This document shows, in pieces, positions 39,378-52,760 of a DNA stretch of 64,000 nucleotides. How positions within the stretch are numbered: position 1 is the first letter of the stretch; every line of letters begins with the position of its first letter. Source of the stretch: Carcharhinus longimanus (Eukaryota); NCBI GenBank assembly GCA_030264375.1, contig JASCQW010000119.1:8606137-8670136 (forward strand), written 5' to 3'. The notes under the pieces were generated by a model, which made no database searches, had not been told where the DNA came from, and saw only the letters and a list, made by a program, of their open reading frames with translations. Position numbers and translations under genes: made by a program.

Positions 39378-41490
39378 GTGAACAATAAGGTCATTCTGGG
39401 CCATGTATTTCGAAGCGAGAACATAACATATAACATTTATGTTTCGGCAAATTACCATAAAAGTATGTTGTTGGCCTACAGAGCGTATAACAGCGGCCAG
39501 CATTACACTTCCTCAGAATGAAATTCAAAATAAAAGTGCTGCTGAACTGGTGCCACAGTCATTTTTCTTTTTGTTTTTTTGGAAAGTAAATACGAACAGA
39601 AATTACCCGGATAACACGGAGTAATGATTCAACTGACTCTGAATGACGGGATGACGAAACGGCGCCAGTTATGGGCCGAAGGGCCTGTTTGTGCTGTAGT
39701 GTTCTATATTCTACAAAACACGAATTTTAGAAATGATTCACGACTGTGCTTTCATGCATAAGTAACATTTGTTACTTAGTTTGATTGGAGACTTCGAGGC
39801 TTGTTGAACATTTTAATTGCGTAAGATGTGGTTGTTAGATTCGACAAAATAAACAAAAACATTCAAAAGAAAATATGTTTAGTTCAGAGAATTAGTTCAG
39901 ATGTGTACGCTTATGATGCAGAATCAAAATCAGAAACAACAATAAAAATAAAGAAGCGAGGTTAAATGTCTTAAAGCAGCGCCCAATGGTTACTGCAATG
40001 TACAGACCTATATTTTAGGGAATACGAGTTTATTTGAATTACTTACAGTAACCTGCAATTATATTTAAAAAAAATACACCTTCCTTGGAGACATGTGTCA
40101 TGGTGTTAGTTATTCTGGAGGGCTGGAAACGATTCTGTTATTCGAATTCTTCTTTCCGAGATTTGGCTATTAAATTACCCGCACATTGCTCTGGCAATTC
40201 TGTTGGTTGCGCGTCTCTATATAAATGCTTCCAATGTCATTTCTCTCCAGTAAATCCGGATTCGATGACAGTTTTAAACATATTAACAAGAGTGCAGAAG
40301 ATCTTTACATTACGTTCTGGCTCATGTGTATATTCTCCTGAAACTAATATCATACTTGACCTCTGTAAATTGTAAGCATTGCGCATTGCCTCTGCTGATT
40401 TATTACAACAAATGTGTCGTTCATTAAAGCTGATAAAATGTCAGAGGAAAAGAAAATAGAATAACATCATCTAAATTTGGATTTGCACAAAAGGTCAAAT
40501 GGTTCCTGGGATGCTAGTCATCGCTTTCTGCCAGTGAGGTGTCACGCTTTATATGGTGGTTGCAAAATCTCTGATTATGCGTGCGCTATTCAGAAAATGC
40601 TGTGGAAATAACTGACAATGGAGGCGAAATATTAACTGTGCAGTAGACAATCCCTTTCGTTTCGCTGCTTACTTGTTCTGCAATTTGAAGATTACCTGTC
40701 TATTGTTAGCACACCATATGCCAAAGATGCAACTATTGTCAAAGCTGCTAAATATGCATTAATTATATTTGCAGATGATAAGTTGAATCGGTGTTTGAAA
40801 GGTGATTTTGTTTCGAATAATAAGTTCAGTTTTCTGTTCAGCAATCGTTCACCTGTTTTGATTGAAGTCTCACCTTGACATATTAACATTGATGATCAAA
40901 ATGAATTTACATAATTTATGTGGCAAGTCATATCATTTTGAATATCATTGGCTGATTAGCCAAATTCGGCAACGATTTGAACATGAATCAAATCTATCTG
41001 TTTTGACAGTAATTGATGATCAGAACAAATTGCAACGTGTGATGAAAATATATATTTTTCCAACAAAATGCCTCTGACCAATAGTGTAAGGAGGAAAAAT
41101 CAGACTCTACTCTTCCAAACGTGCCGTTGGTAGAAAACTGCTGATGCTCAGGCGAATTGATGCAGTGCCAATACAATTTGTAACAGAAAACAATCGATTT
41201 AAATACATTATAGTGTTAGGAAATGGAATGTGTGGCCACCGGTGTCATTGAAGTCAGATCTAAGCAAGCCTTCTGGAAAGTGCCCTTGATAGTCATAAGA
41301 ATATGAATAATGCATGTTGCGCATATAAGAAATGTGATGTGTGTCATTGCCTGCATTAGCATTGCAATTGGAAAATCACGCAGTTGGAAAAGTTGTCTAC
41401 TTCTGTCTTTTTATAAACATGTCTATGATTTTACGGTTGCCATTTCATTCTCATTCTAACTGATAGATTGTGTATATCGCATCTTTGCAG

Positions 41491-41517
41491 CACTGAGCAA
41501 AAGATGCAAAAGCGATG
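41491..41517 (+). CDS. 27-nt micro-exon, ALSKRCKSD
   Basis: atctttgcag|CACTGAGCAAAAGATGCAAAAGCGATG|gtacgt. Confidence 0.85.
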
Positions 41518-42158
41518 GTACGTTTTTTTTTCAAATTGACCAGTCTTGGTGTACTTTCCTTTCAGGTTAACTTAAACATTTGAAGTGAGTGAATAAGTGA
41601 TTAGATCAAAATGTTCAATCAAAAGAGCCCTTACTCTTCCAACCCCCAATAGGTGAACGACGAACAAGAGAGAAGAGTGAATAATTAACTGAAAAAAAAT
41701 CATATCGCAAATACTCTGTATGTTAGAATGGATGAAAGTGGCTCTGATAGCAAAAAATGCCATGACGTTGTTATGACACGAGAAGCAAACTGCATTTTGG
41801 ACAGTGCATTCATCTATCGAAATGGGAATGAGGGATTGTGGCATTTCATGTTCTCAATCATAATTATGATGTATTTTTTTTTCCCCAGTAGAGGTGCCGC
41901 GGTTTTTCCTAAAATATAGCAGTTTCAAGCTTCTGGAAGGCGTTTCCTAAATATAAACAAAAGATTGATATAACGCTGAGGTCCGGAAGAATCACATGAA
42001 TGTTATTTTCTTCCTGTTTTGATAAGTGATTTGTAAATTGGCGCTTGAACATATTTTTTTCTAAATGGAAACATACGTCAGGTATTGAATACTATTTATA
42101 GGAAAGCAATTCCACATCGAAAAAAAAATCGTAATATGTCATTACATCTTCATTCGAG

Positions 42159-42185
42159 ATGAAAGGTTGCTTGATGCACAAGATG
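42159..42185 (+). CDS. 27-nt micro-exon, DERLLDAQD
   Basis: atcttcattcgag|ATGAAAGGTTGCTTGATGCACAAGATG|gtaagg; GAG acceptor is suboptimal. Confidence 0.75.
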
Positions 42186-43415
42186 GTAAGGAATTTGTTT
42201 GAAACATATATTATAAAAAAATAGAGATTTAGAAAGCTTTCTTGCAAGATCACTATATTTTGTCACATATTGATCAGATGTAGTTTTTTTATACTTTCAA
42301 CGATACAGTCTGTTGATTCCAATTCATACTTAAATATTGCTAGAATTTGAACACGCATAAGCGTCACTGAAGTTATTCACACAGCAGTGAAGGAATTTTG
42401 CATTGGAAGAATATAAATCGAAGCCATTAACATAACTCAGATTTCAGGAGAAATGAAAAATGAAAGGACAAGTGCCTCAGATGTGCATCACTAATCGTTT
42501 AACTGAGGATTCTGCGTCACTGGACTGAGTGTCTACGGCTTCTAGGAAGTTATGCCCTGGTAGGTTTTATGAATCCGATTAATAACTCAAACGGTTTAAT
42601 TTTTGAGTGACGATGGAAACAACACTCACTTTTTACAATTGGTAGCTTGGCTCAGTTTCATAAAAGCGTTTTGTTAACTGCTCCCAATGTACAGCTCATT
42701 TGGCAGTATATTGTGATTTACGTTTCGGGGGTCGGGGGCGGTGTTCGGGGGCGGTGATACAACAGTTGAAGTGCAAACGTGTCCTCCTAAATTCTTGCAT
42801 TCGGCATGTGGCAAACAAATGCAAGCATATTTGATTTCTAGTTTTTTTTTTGGGGGGGGGGGCGTGCATGATGATTTGATAATTAATGATTGCGTTATAT
42901 GTGAATTATATCTTTTTGGGCATTTGTTTCAGGGACAATTTCAACTTAGCTAATTCAACTAAGGCGACAGTGCTGCACGAAATATTTACCTGCCCTCAAC
43001 ATTTGGTGGTTTAGTGGAACATTTTAATCGGTAGCACGTGTAACCTTGACGTGGTATGTTATCTTGTTTTGACGTTGTTGAATTCATACAAAATTTTATT
43101 ATCAAGATAGCATTTAATTTTCCCGCCAAAATCCTCCTAGCCAAACAAGTTAGAATGTGAACTAAATTGTTCAAATTAGAACAAGTCTCTGGCAAGAGAA
43201 AATCCACAGAATAATATTATTTTATTTCTGTTTCTCCCATCGTCTTACAATGATCGTCGCATGCATCATTTAAACAATCTCTCCTTTCCTGTCATCTCAG
43301 GTCCTTGCATGCTTTCAAGTTATATATTTTACCTCAGTCCAAGCATGGACAAAAATCATTTACGACTGAAGTCGACTATCAAAATAACAACACAAACAAT
43401 ATATATCCTGTCCAG

Positions 43416-43451
43416 AAATTTCAAAGCTGAAAAACAATTTGAAAGATAAAG
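43416..43451 (+). CDS. 36-nt micro-exon with GC donor, EISKLKNNLKDK
   Basis: atcctgtccag|AAATTTCAAAGCTGAAAAACAATTTGAAAGATAAAG|gcaagg; paralog of the 28751 and 61306 exons. Confidence 0.75.
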
Positions 43452-43745
43452 GCAAGGACAACAATTATTAACAAAAATAATTATTCTTTACATTATGTCA
43501 TTTTAATTTTTATGTCATCAACAAAATTCTAGTTTAAATGAACTTAGGTTTCCAGTGGAATGTTAACATCAGCAATCTCATCATCATGACAGAGGGAAAA
43601 AAAAACAGGTTATTGCATTTTCTGTCGATGTTTGTAACGCCCATTCAGCAGACTCTGGAAGCTCAGATCCAGCAAATCAAATAAAACCAAAACAATTGTA
43701 GGCGAACTGCATTCACGGATAATATCTGTCAGAAATGTCTTACAT

Positions 43746-44075
43746 GTAGAATCCTAGAAGCCTACAGTGCAGAAGGGGGCCGTTCGAGTCTGCACAGAGC
43801 ACAATCGCACCAGGCCCGACCCGAATATCCCTGCATATTATACCCAATAATCCCTCTAACCTACGCTACCCTGGACAGTAAGGGGCAATTTCTTAGCATG
43901 GCCAATCAACCTAACCCGCGCACCTTTGGAGTGTGGGAGAAAAATGGAGTACCCAGAGGAAACCCACGCAGACACGAGGAGAATGTACAAACTAAATACA
44001 GACAATGACCCGAACCGGGATTCCAACCCAGGATCCTGGAGCTGTGTAGCAACAGTGCTAACCACTGTGCTACTA
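43746..44075 (-). mobile_element. Shark SINE (HE1-like) with CR1-type tail
   Basis: tagaagcctacagtgcagaaggggg tail...gaggaaacccacgcagacacg...gtgctaaccactgtgc head. Confidence 0.9.
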
Positions 44076-44520
44076 TTCACCCACTGTGTTGGATGCCTAA
44101 TCCAAGAATCTCTATCGTTAAGAGCCATTGAAGCTTGCACATCTGAATATTAACATTTTCCGAGTTTTTTTTTCCTCCAAGGGGCATTTTATTTGGGAGC
44201 GGAGGTTGGAGAATATGTCCTTGCAGTGATGAGACCTGATGAAATTGAAAAGGGTCATCTCCAATGGTCTGATCGAATTGTGCCAGTTTAACTGTTCCTG
44301 AAAATGGCCGCTAGTCTGCGTTACTGTAGCTATAGAATTGAAGTTTTTTTTCCCCCCTTTTTTACCTGGAATTTTAGTTTGCCACGTCATTCAGTATGAT
44401 TAAGAGGAAAAAATCAAATTATTTGCGTTATCTGAGTAGTTAAAGTTAGGAAACAAATTCTTACTGTAAAACAAAGATTGTTAAACCGATACATTTTTGT
44501 TAACGGAATTGAATTCTCAG

Positions 44521-44547
44521 ATGAGGAAAGTCAGCGTGCATGTGAAA
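44521..44547 (+). CDS. 27-nt micro-exon, DEESQRACE
   Basis: gaattctcag|ATGAGGAAAGTCAGCGTGCATGTGAAA|gtgagt. Confidence 0.8.
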
Positions 44548-44922
44548 GTGAGTAAATAACAACGACATTTTATCACACATATTTTGTGCATTTAATTTGC
44601 CTTCAACTCATGTGGATAACCAACAGTGTTAAAGACGCGGGAAAAAATTGAGCCATGCTTTTATTGTACTAAATTATTCCATAGCATCACAATTTAGTCT
44701 TACCAGAATCAGTTTGTAACTAACCAAATATCCAATTCCACTTAATGAAATATAATTGTTTATTAATGGCACAGTGGAGCAGGGGATGAAATTGATAACT
44801 ATAAGTAAATTTTCTACCGCGCATCCTATTTATTCACTGTGAACAGCTAAATGCACGTGCAGTCTTACTTTTGTGTCACCCTAAACTTTTCTGCATTTTG
44901 CATTTTTTTTATTATTTTGAAG

Positions 44923-44949
44923 AAATCGAAGATTTGCTTGAAAACACAG
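44923..44949 (+). CDS. 27-nt micro-exon, KIEDLLENT
   Basis: tttttattattttgaag|AAATCGAAGATTTGCTTGAAAACACAG|gtaagg. Confidence 0.85.
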
Positions 44950-47836
44950 GTAAGGACATTTCCATTAAAAAGCGTGTCTAATCTAACTTTTGCTTTGTCA
45001 TAACAATTTATCAAAAGCTTTCTGCCAACAACAGCAGCGAATATAAATTACTTAGAGCTAAATCTATGTTGCAGATTCAAAAATGCGACTGAATTATATT
45101 CAAATTCCCAAACATACTGCATGTTTGTCCCAGGTCTTGGGAATATGTGGAGCGGAAGTGACGACTTATGCTTCATGCTACTGCATTATTCGTAATTAAG
45201 AGAGGGTGGTCTCATAGACACTGAAAGTAATTGTTTTTAGCTACAAACTGAGCCACTTGCAGGAAAAAAAATATTTGCTGTCTGATCATAATACACACCA
45301 TCACATTAGACGTTCAATCACTTAAATCCGAATTTTTGGGGAAAATAAACGAAGCAAGTCCATTAACTCAACTCAAAATAGACACTTGAAGGGATGGAAC
45401 AAATGTTTCGCACATTAGATCGCCATGCCCCAGGGCAAGCAAGTGATTATTATGCAATCTTCTGCTGGCCTCAAGTGTGATATAAGTAAGGTCATGCCAT
45501 AACGATTTCCTTATTTCTAAATGGATATCAGGGATGGGCTGAAAATTTCAGACCATGCGACCGCTTCCACAAAGAGCGTTGCTCGCACACCACACTTACA
45601 AAATATCGATTTTTTTTTGTTTGGATACCTCCGCTGCTTTATTTCGATTGCAGTTATGGTCTCTGAGTCGTTAGTGTTACCGAGCAAACAGCATAAACAA
45701 CAAAAATAAAGTAGTCACCCCCCGTTGCGTCCTCATCTTCATTAAGTACTTCCGTTGCTGATCTTCTGCATCATAAAACCTGATGGTGCACGAGTTATTC
45801 TTTATTTTTTGAATTAAACAAAGACTCAAATGATGCCCCTGAAAATTTCAAAGCTGCATCTCTAATAACCTCTGGATTAGAGAAAAAAAAAATCGTTACC
45901 CTGTGGCTTAAGCAATTTCTGGACTCTTGTGTTGTCGGCAAGCCGAAGCCAATAGATGACATGTACAAGAAGGTTAATTGCCCATCAATTTCACATCCCG
46001 ATTCAGTGTGAAAATGTAACGTGCACAAATTAATTAAGTGTAACGAAGCATATTAATTAATTGCAAGAACAAATGTGAGCATTCACATTTGATGGAAAAC
46101 ACTTATTTTGTTTCGCTTAATGATCGTAAGAATATGGAAAATTACAATGAATAATGAGAGACAAAAGGGGAAGACGTTGCTCAAGATTCGAAAGTTAACG
46201 AACATGAATTCGGATATAGTTGATAAAATGGCAAACACACGTGTTTGCCTGGATAAGATCACAAATTGAACACAAACTGCTCATCTCCATTCACAAATTA
46301 AATACCAGTAAATTGAAATCAATTCAACTCACATTTTCTACGAATCCAAATCAAAACATGTGCTGTTTGATTCATTCAATGAAAACTTCCTGATTGGAAG
46401 AACTGTCACGCTTCGTTGCAATGGCAGTTTTGCATCATTTNNNNNNNNNNNNNNNNNNNNNNNNNNNNNNNNNNNNNNNNNNNNNNNNNNNNNNNNNNTA
46501 TTTTTCTTTTAAATAAAAATTATAAATAACAAAAAAAAAAAAAAAACACGACTGGGAAGAGGCATAACATTGACAAATAGCTGACCAAAAAAAAAACAAT
46601 TATATCAGAAAGAAAACACATTTATTCGTGAGCGTCCCATTAGCAGCAATCTGTTCAAAGTTGAGACAACTGAAGGTTTTGTGATGCAGTTGGAATCTTC
46701 TGCTATCATGAACGAAACGAGAATCCTGAGTGTTGTGGGTCCATGTTGATTTATTGATTAGAATTATATATAGCAATGTTAATCACCTTCTGCGGGAGAG
46801 GCAACACATTCAGCCGAACAGCTGAGCATGAATGCCCGGGATGATATTGTGATTCCAACAACCAACAATCCGTAAAACAAAGGCAACTGAAGACAAAAAA
46901 GTGACAGGGAAATTGTTCATCTAAGTAGGGAAGTGAAATCAAAATAATTGGATTTTTTGTTCTGCAGAGGTAGCAATGTCATATGTGTTGTTAATCTTTT
47001 CAACTGTACGCTAAGATTCAAAGTGGACATGTCCACTTCAAAATATTTAACACGCAAATTAATTAAAATAAATGCACCTATCAGGATGAGTAACTGTTCG
47101 GTCGAATAAGTTAGAGAGAAAATTGAACTTCTCAAAGCAAACACGTGGAAGACGTCCGTATTTCACTCTTGGAATACACTAGCGAAAAAGACAAATCAAT
47201 TTTCAGAGTGATACAGGCTGAAAAAAAGAGGAAACGTTGCATTCAATCATTACTTCCTCCGAGTGCCATACTCTGCTATGCATTTTGTTACATTTAAAAT
47301 AGTTATTTGCAAAAATTGAAACAAATGAATTATTTTGGAGGGAGTTTGCATGATATGTGATCATTGAAATTCTGGCTTGGCGGATCAGCCTTCTCTTCAT
47401 TGAAATGGCAATTCAAATGTGGTAAAAATTCCAGGCCAAAACAAAAACAATGTGAGGTGAGGATGAAACATCAGGCACTATCTATCTGAGTTTTCCAACA
47501 TCATTAAAGTATGGGAGTATATCGAACTCGATCTAGCATTTCCAGCTTACGTGGAGTTTTGCAAATGCTTACTTATTTTAGCTTCTTCATCTTTGATCAG
47601 CTGGTTAAACGAGAATGCATTATGTTGTCACATCACAGTGCATATTGATGTCTTTTGCTTTTATAATTCAACTGACATCACGTTGCATGACAAAATATTT
47701 AAAATAAAAAAAAATACACTTGATCGTTCCCTTCCGCGGATCGGCCTTTGGTTTCACAGAATGTGTAGATTCTTGCAAGTATGAGCGCAGTTGTTTCCCA
47801 ATACAAACCTGGAATTGTTCTCTTTATCATTCGCAG

Positions 47837-47863
47837 CAAGCAAGTTGCTAGCAAAAGAAAAAG
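47837..47863 (+). CDS. 27-nt micro-exon, ASKLLAKEK
   Basis: ttatcattcgcag|CAAGCAAGTTGCTAGCAAAAGAAAAAG|gtaaac. Confidence 0.85.
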
Positions 47864-50479
47864 GTAAACGTATAACCGGCTTTATGTAGGTCTGTTTTAA
47901 ATGCTAGTCAACATTTTTGAAGGAAGGGGCTTTGTGATCACTTTTGAAATCTACTGCTACCTGTGATTGTGATGGTCATACAAATGCTCAATTGTTTCCT
48001 CAGTTGCTCTTTATGCGTCTCACTTCAGGTTATTACACATGTTCGAGTTCTCGTTATTATTAGTGATTAGGATCTGAGGGTCCCTATCTCACTCACAGTA
48101 AACTTCATACCCATTAGTATGGATGGAGACGTTTGCCTCAGCTACCTTCTTGAAACTTTGTACTCCAGGTGGTGCTTTAGGGACTGTTGTCCAGGATTTA
48201 GGTCGTATTAAATTTACAAGACATCCAACATGCTCTCAGTTCCGAGATATATCAAACATAGTTGATTCTGAAAATTCTGCTGTAATCACAACAGCTTCTC
48301 ACAAGTATATATTAACATAATTTCGGTACCTCATTTTGCCAAAAAAAAAACAGAAATGTGATTGAGGGATTCTAATGAGAACAGGCATTGCCATTTCAGT
48401 ATTTCCATTCCACGTGCGCCATCTTCTGAATATATAAAAGCATATTGACATATTAGTCGTTTAAACTTCGGCTAAGAATGCCCCGAGTGTGTTAAGTTTA
48501 AACTTGGATCTTTTTTTTATGAATGGAACCGGGAAAAAAAGAGTGAAAAGTTACTTTTTGTATGAACGAGTAGGAGATATATGGAGCACATCTGTTACAT
48601 TTTTAATGTTTGACATTGAACTTTACAATGTAAGTGTTGATGGCAAAATAAGCATGTTTGCAGTTTTTTTTGGGGGGGAAATATCTTCCATGTTTGGCTC
48701 ATTAAAACACTCCATTGAGCATTAGAATAGGTGATAGCATTATTACAGCAATTTGGACGCAATTCAGAGACATCCACCTCGCTGTTTGTCGGGATTGGCC
48801 AAAATTTTTTGGAAAGAAATGTTATTCCCAAAATATTTTTGTTGAGAATGTTGTTATACCTTGAACAATTACTGTTTTTTTTTTCCTTTTTGTGCACCCA
48901 GAACCGAATGCGTCTTTCAATGAACCGAATGCGTCTTTACTTTTCAACCACATGACGCAACATTGGAACATTTGGACATTTGGGTCCAGCTTCCTAGTCC
49001 ATGCCGCACCTATCCAAAATAAACAAAAAAAAAATCATTGTGTGTCCTTTGTATACCAAATGTAGCGTCACAACTCGATGACACTTATTAAAATTGCCTC
49101 GTCCCTCGAAGGACAAATATCAGATCCATCAAGTGTTATGAAGCCACACCATGCAGAGGAAATGCACATTATGTAATGGCTGTGCACGATCCTTATGGAC
49201 ATGGTTAACGAAAAGCAACACAATAATAATGTATAGAGTTAGCAGAATTGACAAAGAATTTGGGTCTAACGCCGAAAAACAAAAGTTATTTAATTTGTCA
49301 TCACCAAACACCCTAGAGAAAATGAGTGTGAGAATTACAGTCTTACTCGACATGATTACTATGCAAAACTGTATAGTATACATCAGGAAGATAGTTTAAA
49401 AACATAAACAACATTACAGTACAGGGGAACGATCTTCTGCAAACGGGGCTGCACCAACAATTGGAGCCTTTTGAAACATTTTATTTTACTAACCGGATCT
49501 ATCCGTACACCTCTTGCCTATTCAACTGTATGCATCGATTATATCATTCAAGTTGTTGTCTGGAAATTCAATCAATCGGATAGATGTGGAAACATTTGCG
49601 TAATTTAAAACTAGCGAACCGTAAGTCCCTGCGGGCCACGATGAGCAGTAGCATATTAAACAACCACAATATGCAATCTTCTGTAATGACACATTCTTCG
49701 CTATGCCATACAAACAAGCCTTGGTATCCGACCTGTTTTAAAGAAGTGTTTTGAAGTACATGCCAGGAGCTGCGTCAATGTGGCTTACAATGGGCTTTCA
49801 AACTGGTGGAACTACTGCCAATAACTTGAAGCTTGTCAATCACCAGACAAAACAGGTATTAGTGTGAAGTGTAAATCTAAATTCAGCAGTTCGGATTTAA
49901 GTGTTGCTCCCCTATTGCATCCAGTATTGATTGCTAATCAATTAGAAAACCCAAATATAGAAGTTTCCAGAAATATCTGAACGTCATTAAAATAAAAAGA
50001 CATCATGCGTCGGTGCAGGTTTTGTGTGTCAAAAGAACGTGTCCTGTTTTGTATTATTATTTGTCTCTTCCTTAGACCGCCAAAGTTATACACGTACAAC
50101 AGAGATATCTGTTTCTACAGAGGTTTTTTTTTACAAGGAACGGCTGAAATAATGGAATACCGCAGAATCTATCATCGATATTGATTATCCTTTTTGGTGC
50201 ACTGTTCATAAGGCCAGCCTTTTCTACGCTGCTGAAGTTCATTTTAATCAACGTCGTCCACGAGCTAAGGCTGGCAAAAAAACGGTGGATCTCTGCGGTG
50301 AGAATGTCTGCGAAATTGATCCGGAATAAATACCATCACACGAATAAATTGGTGATTATGAGCAAAGTGATGATATATGTCTTTGAGAATGCTAGAACAT
50401 ATTGCTTAATCAGGAACCGTTAATAAATGTTACAGAGTTCCGCATTCACCACAGTCAGTATAAGCATAGATCATTAGCA

Positions 50480-50670
50480 CAACATGGTGGCACCACGTCT
50501 GCACTGTTTGGTGACAAATCCATGGGCACAAGGTCAATCCCCGATTTGGATGACTGCTTATTTGAACTTTGCATTTTCTCCTCGCGTCTGTTTCGGTTCC
50601 CCCTGCGTTCTCCGTTTTCAGCCCAGTCTAAATATTGAAGTTTCGGTGGATTAACCAAGCTAAACTGGAA
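50480..50670 (+). mobile_element. Highly decayed SINE
   Basis: catggtggcac head, ggtcaatcccc B-box remnant, tttgcattttctcctcgcgtctg core. Confidence 0.6.
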
Positions 50671-50869
50671 TTCATTTCCAAAAATTTGTAAATTCAGCAG
50701 ATTGTTTTTTTTTTCTGTCAATATGTCCGGTTGCGATGGGAAGACCTGGCTGTGATGCTCTGCCTGATAGTTTCGAGTAGCATCCCTTTGATCTTTATGA
50801 ATTCTAAGGTGATTTGTGCGCAGAGTCGTTCCAAATGAATACAAGTATTGAACAGAAGGGATATGGTGT

Positions 50870-51620
50870 ACCTGAGTCTACATCATTGAAATGATACTAC
50901 TTTTGATAGCTGATGGCAGAACAGCATGTTTGCAAAATGGAATCAAGAGAAATTAACACCTTTCAATTACATAATTAGCACCGATAAATTCATTCAGATA
51001 GATAACATCATCCTATTCATTCAAAGCACTCCAGAGTACTATATGGTCTTGTCCTTGGCCGATTTTTCTTTTCAATGCTTTCATCAACGAAATTCCTAAA
51101 ATGTTATTTTCAGTTCTGGAGCCATGTGCTGTTCAGCAAAATCTTGGCTCATCAGATAATGAACCACTCAGAAGCCAAGCCTGGGCAACATTAAGGTTTG
51201 GGTCGAAAGGCATAAAGCTATATTCAGCCGACCCTAGTGTCAATGATGTCCCAACTCCAACGAGAAGGAAATTAACCATCACTCCTTGAAATTCAATAAT
51301 GTCACCTCAATTGTTCTGTGCTCACTCAACGCATTTGAGTGTGCATTGAGGAAAAACTGTCCTGGCTGGATCAAGCAGGTAACTATTGTTCCTACAAAAC
51401 AGATCAGAGACTGGATATTCTGCAGCTATTAGTTTATCTGCTGACCACCATTCCACCGATAACACTACTCGAAGTGCATGTTCGAAGTGAAAATCTGAAA
51501 ATCACGACGGCAACAAGATGATGTGATTCCACTTCTATGCCCTTATATTAAACACATTTAGAAGACAAACCCTCCACAAGTGACATGAAATGGTAGCAAA
51601 GTGCATCATCCATAATATGC
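50870..51620 (+). mobile_element. Decayed L2/CR1-clade LINE RT fragment
   Basis: ggtcttgtccttggccga...tgctttcatcaacga (GSVLGP..F..FIND-like) ~51045-51090. Confidence 0.5.
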
Positions 51621-51714
51621 ATGTGACCAAGGCTCATTTGCCAGTAAAATGCACCTTAACACATATTACACGGTTCACACCAAAGAACAGCGGTTTGGTT
51701 TGGCCGTCAGCAGT

Positions 51715-52500
51715 TTGATTTGTTTTGTTTTATTGTCATTCCATTCATTGGAAAACAATGATTATTATTGTTTCCTGTTTGTTCTACAGACAAAGCATAC
51801 CGTTCATGAGGAAGTAGGGAGGGACTGCAGAATGTAGTGCGACAACCATAGCTAAGGTTCAGAGAAATAGCAACTGAACATTTGGTTGGTCAATTGGAAA
51901 CTATGATGGCAACATTTAAGGCGCTGTTCTATTGTCAGTTGGTAAGCGATTTCGGACATTTGTATTTTCTACTCCATTGAAGAAGGGAGAAGAAAGTATT
52001 TCCGTTGTGCGTGGTGTTCTTGATTGTACGAGTTACTTGTTTGAGTTAGGAGGAAATAATAAAAAAATCAATGGATTGGAGACTGCTGTGCCTGATGAAC
52101 TGAACATATTTCATAACATTTTATGGCTGTCTGCCGTACTGATCATTGCAGAAGACATGACAATCTGTGATATGTTTTATAAATAATGCTTTCCAAAGTG
52201 CATTTGTAGAAGTGGTGAGAGCCGCAGCAGTTGCACCGAATTACCATCGCCTCCTCAGGAAATAGGCAATGTTTTGCTATCTTGATTGTAACATTCACGT
52301 GGAGGGTCCATGGCAGTCGGCTGGTCATCTGGACACCTAGATTCTTGAAGTGCTCAAACATTTTCACTTCATTCCCGCTGATGTAGACAAAGGCACGCCT
52401 CCACGACTCTTCCTGCCGATAATTATCCATTTCGTTTTCGTGACAATGAGTATGAACTTATTACCGTCACACAAATTCATCATAGTATCTATTGTCAATT
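51715..52500 (-). mobile_element. Decayed Rex1/Babar-like LINE
   Basis: Colinear with 30195-31015 (tacagacaaagcataccgttca; atctggacacctaga...ttgaag). Confidence 0.8.
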
Positions 52501-52559
52501 CCCCTTCAATCCATCTGTAGACATATTAAGTAAAATCAATGTTTAAGTACCAAATAATG

Positions 52560-52760
52560 CTTAAATTAAAACTTCAATTAAGTTACTGCGAATTTCCCAT
52601 TCGCCACACTCCGGCACCTGTTCGGATCATTGCACCTAACCAGCACATTTTTTCAAACTGTGGGAGGAAACCGGAAAACCCATAGGAAACCCATGCAGAC
52701 ATGGGGAGAACATGAAAACACTACACAGACAGATCCCCAAGCCGAGACTCGATATGTATG
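52560..52760 (-). mobile_element. Shark SINE fragment
   Basis: gcacctaaccagcaca...ctgtgggaggaaaccgga...gaaacccatgcagacatggggagaa. Confidence 0.85.

Noticed and set aside
39922-39960. 39- or 27-nt open segment ESKSETTIKIKKR
   Set aside because: Weak donor (gttaaa), poor pyrimidine tract, does not fit the triplet period.
48901-48938. 17-bp direct repeat gaaccgaatgcgtcttt x2 (similar local duplication at ~62485-62545)
   Set aside because: Two copies only; ordinary slippage duplication, not a CRISPR or satellite array.
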